Positions 12,353-23,258 of a stretch of DNA of 64,000 bases are shown piece by piece. The notes under the pieces are model-generated. The model did not search any database. It had not been told where the DNA came from and saw nothing but the letters and a program-made list of their open reading frames with translations. The stretch's first letter is position 1; the number at the start of each line of letters is the position of its first letter. A program made the translations under genes and the position numbers. This DNA is from Bugula neritina (Eukaryota; Animalia; Bryozoa): positions 25,780,339 to 25,844,338 of the forward strand of contig OZ037766.1 in the NCBI GenBank assembly GCA_964035545.1, given 5' to 3'.

Positions 12353-15300
12353 CTATGAACTTTTACCCCAACTTTTACATCTGCGTACAGCACGCTCCCA
12401 CTCTATTATGACTTCTCTATATTGATGCCAGTTTTTTCGAGGTTTAAATATCTTTGCTTCCGGAGAAAGAGCGACAAGATCAGACTGACAACTCCAAATA
12501 CCGGCTCCCAGTCCGGCAAGTAAAGCAGCACCCCGTGATGTCATGTTCACTGTCTGGGGCCTATGAATAGGTTTCTGTAGGATGTCAGCGAGACATTGGA
12601 GCAAGAAGTCATTGTTAGACACACCACCATCTACTCTAAAAATCAGGATCCATAACTGGTGAATTAAATGTATGTTAACTAGTAAACAGTGAATGTAAAT
12701 TATATGATCAATCAACAGCCAGCATGCAACAATTAACAACATCTATATTAAGTAATGACTAGTAGATATACAACAAGATGTGGCAGATACCTAATATGGC
12801 TGACTGAGTGTCCACTCTCAGCAACCATTGTCTCGTACTGAAGCTTGATAACAAATGCAATAGACTCCAACACTGCTCGCACAATGTGTGCTGAGGTCAC
12901 CGTAGGGGTCATGCCTATGAGGAGTGCCCCAGCCGTGTCATCATTAATCGGAGCCTACAATACGTCGTATAACTGACAAGTGGTATTGGTGAGGTAAGTA
13001 GAAATATGAGTGAGGTTAATAACAAACGTAACACAAAAAAGCAACAGGGTAAAAGCAGTGCAACAAAACTCCTTTGCAAGTGTGCAAACCTTAGTCTGTA
13101 ATGCACTAACACAAGTCTATTGCAATCACATTAGTTCAAATCCCTAAATCAAACAAAATTATTACCCATTTCTTAGAAAAACTCCTCTAAAACAAATGAG
13201 CGTTGAAAAATTACAATGGGTGTAGTGAAGCCACACCTCCACCTAATGAGCCACACCTTCACTCCACTAACTACACCTACATCCACTAACTGAGCCACGC
13301 CTCCATCCACTGAGCCACACCTCCACCCACCAAGCCACACCTCCACCAACTAAGCCTCATCTCCACTAACTAAGCCACACCTCCACCTAATGAGCCACAC
13401 CTCCACCAACTTCAACACACCTCCACCCCACTAACCGAGGCATGCCTAATTTATAACATACTTGAAGCAAATTTACTTGTAATTGAATAAAAAAAAATTG
13501 ATCAGAGTGTTCAGGACATGACCACAAAGAAGCCAGGAAGTTCTATTTAAGTGGAAGTAATAAAGTGAATAGAACACATACAGGCAATCCAGCAAATGCA
13601 GGTACAAAGTAGCAGCCATTAGTATCAGGTACAGATTTGGCAATGTCAGAGGTGGACGAGACATCCTGAATAATGCCCGTACTTTTCAGCCAATCTATGC
13701 ACGTTCCCACAGTAATACTAGATGCCTCGGCAGTAAAAGTGATGCTTTGCTTGATGTCCCAGGCTACTAGAGGATATATACCTATAAAAGATCAAAGTTA
13801 AGATTATATACATGTGATGCAAACTACGTAACGTATAATCAACATGACACAAACAATTATCAGTTACATATAACAGGTTGATGAATATTAATTTCTACAA
13901 TTATACCATAAACTATGTGATGCTTAGCATATGTAGAGGCTATAATCATCTACAAATTTCCTACTTGCCAGTTGGAGTCTAAACTCACCATTTATAGAGT
14001 CAACTCACCATTAATGGAGTCTAAACTCACCATTTATAGAGTCTCAACTCACCATTAATGGAGTCTAAACTCACCATTTATAGAGTCTCAACTCACCATT
14101 TAGAGTCTCAACTCACAATTTATAGAGTCTATACTCACCATTTATAGAGTCTATACCCATCATTTATAGAGTCTATACTCACTATTTATAGAGTCCATAC
14201 TCATCAGTTATAGTCTAAACTCACCAGTGATAGATGCCAGAGGTTTGCTGCCAATATTAACATTAAGGAAGCTGCCAGTTCCGAGAGTCAGTTTCATGTC
14301 ACCCGGTTTGAAGCAGCAATGGCCGAAGAGGGAGGCCTGCTGATCTCCCACCAGTCCAGTTATGGGTATCTCTGTGCCGAATATACTCTCATCTACTACT
14401 CCGATCTGTCCACTGCAAACAGTAACACTGTTCGTAGTAGCTAAGCTCCATACGAACTGTTGGGACATTAGACGAGCTTAGAAAGCTTTTCCTAATTCAT
14501 TATAGCCTTTCTTATATTATCACAACTATGTTAACTACGTTATGCTTTTTCTACAATGATTCTGGCATCTGCAAAATATCTAACTTTTTAGACTGGTATA
14601 TAAACCCAGCATTTTCTGTTATTCATTCACTTATAACTTATGATATAACTTTTTTCACATTGTTATTTTCTTTCAGGCCGCAACAATAAACATACATACA
14701 TATGGGTCATTTTACTTGATTTAGTACACACTGGAAATCTCCAGTTTTTAGCTATTTTTTACAGTTTAGCTGCTAATGAACATGGGTTTTTGCCCAAAAC
14801 TAGTAAAATATGAATAAATACACCTAAATAATCAAGGTTCCTAATTTTGCTTGATTTCCCATGTTTTTTTCTAATTATTCAACTACTTTTGAATGCAGAG
14901 TGATATGAAAAAAACCATAACTCTCTGCAATCAAAAGTAGCTGAATAATTAGAAAAAAACATGGGAAATCAAGCAAGATTAAGAAGAACCTTGATTATTT
15001 AGGTGTGGTCATTTATATTTTACTAGTTTTAGGCAAAAACCCATGTTCATTAGCAGCTAAATTGTAAAAAATAGCTAAAAACTGGAGATTTCCAGTGTGT
15101 ACTAAATTAAGTAAAATGATCCATATATATATATATATATATTCTGAAAACACAGCACTAACTTCCTATCAATGAACAATGGAGGGCTGTAATAAAACAC
15201 TCCAGTAAATAAAATGTTGCTGACACAAAAACAAGACTGCAAAAAACAAGAATGGTACATACAGTAAATTTGAAGTACTATTAGGGACCAAAATATAATG

Positions 15301-18300
15301 TGTGTGAACTGTGTGTCAAATACAATGACCACTGCTTACAGGCAATATTTGATGCAATGCTTCAACATGGTTAAATTTGTTTAACTTTGAACTATTCGCA
15401 ACACATTTACTTCATTTTTTAATACAATTTTCTTGCCCGCATCTCATTAGAAATCACACCAACGCTACACCAACTCTGGAGAAGCATAGCATGACAAAGT
15501 GAATGTTGCTATGGCAAGACTCCTATATAGAATGCTTTGACCTTTTCACTTACACAAATTAAATTGATATGATACAAAATTTAACCAACCAGTTACAGTT
15601 AACAGTTCAGTTAGTAGTAGTGATCAGCCACCATGTATAGTAGTAGTTTTGAGTTACAGTATCTATTAGTAGTAGTAGTGGTGAGTTACAGTGTCTAGTA
15701 GTAGTGATGGGTTATAGTGTCTAGTAGTAGTGATGAGTTATAGTGTCTAGTAGTAGTGATGAGTTACAGTGTCTAGTAGTAGTGATGAGTTATAGTGTCT
15801 AGAAGTAGTGATGGGTTACAGTTGTCTAGTAGTAGTGATGAGTTACAGTGTCTAGTAGTAGTGATGAGTTACAGTGTCTAGTAGTAGTGATGAGTTACAA
15901 TATCTAGTAGTAGTGATGGGTTACAGTGTCTAGTAGTGATGGGTTAGTGACTTATCACCCTGAACCGAAAGTATCCCCAACTCACCTTGTGTCAACTATA
16001 GGTGGTAGTATGTGCATAGGTATGCCAACCAGACTTAGTATCATGCTACTCCACATGTTCTACAAAGTAACAATTATATTATCATTTTACATAGTCAATA
16101 ACGAAAATAATTTTAATATTGATTGATTGATTAATTGTCAATGCATACCATCAACGCATTGAGTTAATGGTGTCAAAGTTGCCATCAGTTTGTTTTAAAA
16201 CCATTGAACTGTGCCTGAATAAACCCTTACATGAAAAAGCTTAGTTAATTGTGGTTATTATCATATATCAAGTAGCCTTGGAACCTAACCTGAAACGTGT
16301 CATACATCAGGGTGCCACTAGCTGACGCCCTGTCTGTAGCCCAAACTCTCTCACCACTTAGCTTCCACAGCAACCAGGTATCAACAGTACCAAACATCAC
16401 CTTTTTCTCCTTTAGCCTGCTTTTCAACTACAATGATTCGCAATCTACGGGGACGGCTGTCTCATAACCCAAAGTGTAGATGTAAGTGTATTGGGCAACT
16501 AGCTAATAGAAATAAAGCTACAGCTCATTGTCATCTAGGAAATAAATATACACAATCGTCTATTGAAACAGAGCAAACAACTCCAAAAAGAGTGATTATT
16601 TATTAATTATCTTGCAACATTTATTCAAAGTGACAAATCTGAGACACTTATTTTTAGCCTTATACTAATACACTAACAGACTTAAATGTGTTGCTCATGT
16701 TTGTGAATTCAACTGGCATACATTAATGAGTAAAGAGTTCAAAATCAAATGAGTTGAAATAGAGCAAAAACAACTGGTGTAGCTGAAACTAGGAACATGT
16801 CACTTACCTTGCTTATGTTGTTTATCATCCAGTTCAGACGTAGAGGTACCTGAGAAATAAAATTATGTAAATAATCACAACATCTTCGTAAATCTACACC
16901 CAGTTTCTTTGAAATACTTGCTGTGATCAGCCAAAACAAGTATTGTATTTCATTGAAACCATGATAATTGCTTTGAAATTCGATTGATTGGTGGGAAACT
17001 TTTGTGAAATAGCTTTTTTATACAAAATTTGATTCATTTTTATGCAAAAAAGCAAACACTACAACACAACATTATACAAACAAAACTAACATGTCTTTAA
17101 ATTCTAAAATATATTTGTATACAAACTGATGCAAGATAAAAGCTTCATATTTTTATAAAATTCTTCATTTTATATTCAAGAGAAGGTCTATTTTTTTACT
17201 TTGAATTTTATAATTGTATTGAAGTTTTAAGCCCCCAGTGTTGATATTCAGTATAAGCCTGCTTTATTTACATGCAAGTGTTCCTGAGGGAACAGAACTT
17301 TCATTTCATTTTAGAATATAATTTCATAACTGTGCCATATATATGTTCAGTTGCTAGTTTTGGGCTAAATGGCATCTTGAGAATAGTTTTTCAACTTGAA
17401 AAAAATTAACTCAACTATGCTAGGTGGTAATCATCAACTTTTCTAATTAAAATTAAATTAAAATTTAATTAAATTAAAAACTTGCAGTTTAAAATTTAAC
17501 AGGATTTGAAAAATTGTTTTCAGTCAAGTAGGCTTCATTAAAACTGGCCATCTTTTACCGTTAGTGGAGTTATAAACTTCTACTTTCATTTTTATTTAAA
17601 TAAATTAAAAGCTAACTGAAGCTAACATCTAATTGAAAATTAATATGATGATGTTTTTGGGTTTGATTCAAGACTTGCATTAATAATTTTAATTTTTGTA
17701 CCTTTAGTCATAGATTTACATTTGAGTTATCAATCTATTTATATAGCTAGAGTCTAAGACATATACTTAAAACTACAGTCATGTACTTCTATATCAAGTC
17801 ATGTACTTAAAGCTTAAGTCATGTATTTACAGCTTGAGTAATATACCTAAGGCTTAAGTCATGCACTTACATATTAAGTCATGTACTTACAGCTTGAGTC
17901 ATAAACTTGAGTGCATAGCCAGCCTTGAATCTCTGAGAGCCAGTTATAGTATGAAGTAAACCAGAACCTTTCTTAAGAGCAGCTAAAGTGAAAGAGCTGT
18001 TCCATGCTTTGGTCTGGGCCTGAGTTCTTTTGTCTTGCCACATGTTTATATTATGGAAGGGTTTTCCAGTGTCCCTATCCCAGGTGACAAAAGAGTTACG
18101 GAATGTTGTTATACCCATACAGGCTATATCTGCAGTGTTAAAATCTCCATCTAAAAACATCCCAACACACATTTCTTAGCATGAAATGTTTGAGAAAAGA
18201 TATTTACTGGCCACTGTAATATACATGGGGCCCACAGAATAGCTGAAACAAGTACTACATAATTTAATTAAAAGTTATGTTCATGTGCAATAAAATATTT

Positions 18301-19776
18301 TGATAACTAATTTATATATGCTAATAAAAATTTACAGACATCAAAACTGATTATATTAGGCTTTAATCATGTGTCAACTAAAATGAAATAAGAATGTGAA
18401 GTATAATGAATTTCACTTGATATATTTTAATATTCAATAATAACATAATAGTATTATACAAGCTACATGGACGAAAATATACATTTTAAATAAGATTATG
18501 TCTACACAATAGAAAATCATATGAACTATCTTGATATACCGGAGAGAGCCATTTTTATAACAGACAGGAACTTTTCCCAGAGTTCATCACACTCCAGTTC
18601 TACTGCACCCGCTGAGGGGTAAACAAGATTTGTCTAAAAGACACATAAGTCTCGTAAAATAAAGACGTAAATAAGTATTTCAAGTTTGCATACAACTTCA
18701 CTATTTTAAAATATATTTACAGTTTAAAGAGCAGCGTAAAGAGCGCAGCCATGATCTACTCAATCTAGGGGTTAGAGCATTTGCCTAGTAAGCATGAAGT
18801 CGTGGGTAAATGCTATTGGTGATTTTAGGAAGAGCATGCAGTCATAATTACTCCTGTGCCACATAAGAATAAGTCCACTTCAATAAAAAACCCTTTTCAC
18901 CAGGGGCTTCTCTCAGGGATGGTGACTATAAACTTGCATGAGTATTTTTTAAATATATTTACAGATTAAAAAGCAGCATGAAATATGTGAAGCCTCTCCT
19001 ATTGATAACTATAGTATTACAATCACACACCAAGGTTTAGATATAAATAAATTATAGTCTAACCATCAATTCACGAGATTGTAGTACCAACTTTACAATT
19101 TAATAGAGAGTTCTTAAGTCTCATTGAAAAAAACTTCAAAAGCTTTTTTGTTGGATTGAAGACTAAGTACAATTGCATTAAAACACCATTCCTTATAACA
19201 CTTCAATACACATTTATTATTATCATCAGGTGATACCTTCAACTCAGCTTGAGACACTAACTGCGCTGCCTTGTTGTAAATATGGCAGCGAACTATCGTA
19301 CTTCCAACATCAGCTACCAAAATAAACTTCTGGGTTAAAGGAATACTGTTTGATGTGGAGCTTGCTGCCGGTCTAGAAGAAGCATCATTAGGAGGCAAAT
19401 CTGTTGACTCTTCACTGACCGACAACTCCTCGTCACTGGTGTGAGAAGAACTTGGGTCACTAGTCTTACCCAAACTTGAACTGCTTGCATTATTTGAGCT
19501 GTGAACTTCTGCAGTGCTTGTTTCATACGACTCTGTATTGCTGGAATCGTCTCCGTTTACTACAGGAAATTCTACACCATTTACTTCGTCTGTGGGAATG
19601 TCCTGAAGTCCCGTGCTATCTGTACACTTTGTATTGCTTGAAATTGATTCTGAGGATGTATTGGTGACGACTGACTGATCAGATACGACTGACTGATCAG
19701 AATCTTTATGACTTGAATCTAATTCAACCGGCTGAACAAGATTGCCGTTTGACGAATTAATGTTATCTTCCATCAT
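12353..19776 (-). CDS. GK5: Glycerol kinase 5-like FGGY kinase with Ser/Asp-rich N-terminal extension
   Basis: Minus-strand exons 19776-19237, 18633-18540, 18150-17891, 16849-16808, 16427-16290, 16059-15986, 14412-14225, 13781-13582, 12954-12791, 12635-12353. Motifs: LVADVGSTIVRCHIY (GK5-type), WQDKR, FGTVDTWLLWKL, GDQQASLFG, KLTLGTGSF, YFVPAFAGL, RVDGGVSNNDF, WERAVRRC. Confidence 0.92.
13228..13440. repeat. Degenerate ~19-23-bp minisatellite (AGCCACACCTCCACC core)
   Basis: About 10 tandem copies in a GK5 intron. Confidence 0.88.
13973..14225. repeat. ~22-bp minisatellite (TAGAGTCTAAACTCACCATTTA) derived from the adjacent splice donor
   Basis: Units match the reverse complement of the donor G|GTGAGTTTAGACT at 14224. 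Confidence 0.88.
14701..15125. mobile_element. Palindromic foldback/MITE element with ~200-bp inverted arms
   Basis: Left arm TATGGGTCATTTTACTTGATTTAGTACACACTGGAAATCTCCAG... is the near reverse complement of the right arm ...CTGGAGATTTCCAGTGTGTACTAAATTAAGTAAAATGATCCATA. Short spacer near 14900-14920, TA-rich flanks, second copy at 20671. Confidence 0.85.
15610..15950. repeat. 26-bp minisatellite (AGTGTCTAGTAGTAGTGATGAGTTAC)
   Basis: About 12 tandem copies in a GK5 intron. Confidence 0.92.
17777..17903. repeat. 20-bp minisatellite spanning a GK5 exon/intron junction
   Basis: AGTCATGTACTTACAGCTTG-like units; the last unit includes the exon end at 17891 and the GTAAGT donor. Confidence 0.8.
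18741..18945 (+). mobile_element. tRNA-derived SINE copy
   Basis: TCTAGGGGTTAGAG (A-box-like) ... GCTATTGGTGAT...AGCATGCAGTCATAATTACTCCTGTGCC...CAGGGATGGTGACTATAAACTT, shared with copies at 29116, 29445 and 34730. Confidence 0.7.
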
Positions 19777-20372
19777 AAAGTGTCATGGGTTCATTTTCAT
19801 CAACAATATTCTGCAACAAAACAACATTTAGGTTGCCTGATGAAAATAAAAGTAAAGCATTAAAAGTAACTAGTTGAAGATAGATTTAGTGCAAAAACAA
19901 CTTTTTTTATTTTTACTGTCAAGTGGCCATTGTATTTAGAAATTTTAACAACCAAACTACATTAATTACAGCTTGGAAATTCCGAACACATATATTTAAA
20001 GAAGTTTCTTTATACACAAAAAGGTATTGCTGCCTTTCACCTTGAAAGGCAGCAAACAATGAAACATAATATAATCTGCTAATTCAAGTTGCCAAAATAA
20101 GGATATTAGTGAGAACAGGCAGTCACAGTATTAACTTAAATTGGTTTAGCTTACACATACTCCTGCACTGCACTAACATTCAGCCCTAGGCATATAGATA
20201 GACTAGAATCTAGATGCAATCTTAAAACAGCAGTAGCTTTATAAAAATCATTACATAATAATTGCTATTATTCAGTCTAAAGTCTATACACTATTACATA
20301 AGAATATTTGGTTGGCAAAACAAGTAAACAGTACACAGCTACTGTTATTATAAGCTATTGAATATACTACAT

Positions 20373-20445
20373 CAGGGATGGGCAAATGGCAGCCCGCGGG
20401 CCACATCAGGCCCTCCTACTGTTTTAGTCAGGCCCTCAGCCAATC
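20373..20445 (+). mobile_element. hAT/Charlie-type DNA transposon terminal fragment
   Basis: CAGGGATGGGCAAA...GCCCGCGGGCCACATCAGGCCC resembles typical hAT-family MITE ends; no transposase and no partner end found. Confidence 0.5.
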
Positions 20446-20670
20446 ACTAGCAATTCTAAGAATTTCATTGGTTTCTTAATCATTCACACAATGTGTGTAC
20501 TAAGCAACACTGGCAAATCATGAACATGACTCATGAGAAGATTCTAGCCAATGTATAGTTGCTGAAACTAATGATCACGTTTCAGTGAGCTCAAGTAAAG
20601 GAGCATTACAACTTGAGTAATGTGATGTTGCTGCTGTAGCAGATCAATCTCCCATTGCTGCAACAACAGT

Positions 20671-20950
20671 TGGGTCATTTTACTAAATTTAGTATACACT
20701 GGAAATCTCCAGTTTTTAGCTATTTTTCACAATTTAGCTGCTAATGAACATAGGTTTTTGCCCAAAACTAGTAAAATATCAATAAATACACCTAAATAAT
20801 TAAGGATCTTCTTTACTTTGCTTGATTTCCCATGCTTTTTCCTAATTATTCAGCTACTTGTGATTGCTTTTTTCGTAACGATCTGCCATCCAAATTAGCT
20901 AAATAAATAGGAAAAAACATGGGAAATCAAGCAAAATTAAGAAGATACTT
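20671..20950. mobile_element. Second, truncated copy of the foldback MITE
   Basis: TGGGTCATTTTACTAAATTTAGTATACACTGGAAATCTCCAG... matches the 14703 arm; the right arm is partial. Confidence 0.82.
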
Positions 20951-22488
20951 GTATAATGACAAACTAAAACCACTGAAGAATTCTAATAGCAAATGGTTTG
21001 TTTTTTAGAAAACAGCATATTCAACTTAAAAAATTTTCGATAATAAGTTCAACAATAACTCAATTTTCAAATTTACATTTATATCGTTCTAATACTAAGA
21101 CAGTAATAGTAATACTTGATAGCTTACACATATTCTTAGTCTTATAGTTATGAGTGTAGTAACAAAATAGAAAGATTAAGACTGAGATTAAGCAGTATGT
21201 ACAGTTGATGCTAGTTAGTACAGTTAGTAAGTAAAGCTGATGTTACTGTTAGTAGGTTGCTGTTATACTTGGTCATAGTGATAGTGGCCAGTGTTAGTTG
21301 TTACAGCTACTAATTAATAGTACTACTACTAGCACTAGCAATTTACAGTTACTAACTAGCAACTATTAGAAATAGCTGTAAGACTGAGACTAAGAATAAA
21401 TGTAAAGTAAAACTGCAAGTACTAATACTAACTCTAAGTACGCTTTGTTTGTTGATCCTGATTTGACGTGAAATTGAAAACTTTAGCTTACTAAAATTAA
21501 ATGACAAAGTGAAAGTCGGATTTCATTTGAGGTTAGCATAAGGCTAAGCATTAGCCTTAGCCGAATACTAATAATATTGTTAATACTAATAGCAATACTT
21601 ATACCAAGAGTAACTGCAAGTCTAATGCCAATACTGATACTGATAGTAATACAGAATCAGTACGAGTATTGCTATAACTATAATTTAGTTGGTTAGTGTT
21701 ACTATTACTAAGAGTAATATTAAAAGTTATAGTAATACTAACACTAATAGTAATACTAATACTAATAGGCTAATCCTTATCCTGATATGTAAAGAACTTT
21801 TTCAACAAATTGAAATACAATCGTTATCAACTATCAAGTTCAACCTATCACTATTAGTATGAGTATGACACTACTCACTAGTCACTATCACTATGAGTAT
21901 GAGTATCACCATTACCATCAGTCATCACTAGACACTATGTCACAGAAACACTCACATTCTGAGTCACATGTGACACTGACCAGTGACTGCCAGTGTGTCA
22001 CACTCACTGTCAGTGTGAATCATATATTAATAGTTATAATTATCTATTTAATTTTATCAATATCATATATTATTATTTAATATCTATAAAATTAAAATTA
22101 AATTTAAATTAACTTCAACTTTAAGTTTAACTTTAAGTTTAAGGTTCAAAATTGAGACATGGCTAACCACTAAATTGTAACACATTTTGTATATTGAATA
22201 TAATATTCTATTTCAGCTAGATTATCAGTACTAGTATAAGTACAAGTAATGCATGGTTTTGTATTACTATTACTAATTTAGTATTACCAATAAACCAAGT
22301 CCAGTGGGAGTTCTCGATCACGATGGGTTTGGCAACTGTTGAACTCAAGTCTGAAGTTCAGCGAAGTGATACATATGGACTCGCTGCTATCACCACTAAC
22401 CCATCCCACAATTATTTAATCGTAATTACGGCTTGAAAAAGGCTCTACGGTTGAGCGCGTTTTATGCTCTAGAATCTAGACTCTAATG

Positions 22489-22715
22489 CAGGGGTGGACA
22501 ACTTCTTTTGCATGAGGGCCAAATTAGGAAGTTAACCAGAACGAAGGGCCACATGATTGTGCACATACTAAATTCTATTATAATAAAGTGATTTGTCATC
22601 AAAGCTAATCAGAATGCATATAGCAGTTTTCACTTATCTTAAGCATTAAAACATTAAAAAGACCACTGAAAAATGGGCACAGGGTCACAGGTGGCCCTGG
22701 GACCCTCAGCTGTGC
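22489..22715 (+). mobile_element. hAT-like non-autonomous element remnant
   Basis: CAGGGGTGGACAACTTCTTTTGCATGAGGGCCA...GAAGGGCCACA left end; degenerate GC-rich right part. Confidence 0.45.
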
Positions 22716-23258
22716 TTGCGTGCGTGTGTGTGGTCAAGTCTACTTGTATAAATATATTACATTATTGTATTGGCCCATTACTATTAATTATAAAAAAACA
22801 ACACGTATTATAAACACGGTACGTAGCCTTATACAAAAGTCGAGGATCTATTACAAGAATAGCATTTGATCAAACTGCTTTTGCTAAAAGGTGGATATAA
22901 CTTTTTCTTACCGCAGAAGTTTACAAAATTATAGCTTTTGAAAAGCATACCTTTTATGGCAGCCAACTTAGCATGTCAAAATATTTTAATTCAATTCTGA
23001 ATGATCAGACTGTGGCCATTTACTTCTACTGATTTTAGACACACGGGTAAGGTATAAGTCTATAATATTATGTATTTGAGCTGCTATATATGTCATGGTT
23101 CTATTTGCTATGTAAACTAGTTCTATCAGTACTGTCACAGTGTTAACACACACCAGGGAGGGAAGCTGTATTCGTATTATCAGTGTAAATTCACAGTTAC
23201 TTGCTCCAAGTCTATAACAATAGGTTTCTTCACGATGCACAAAAATAGTTTCACAAAA

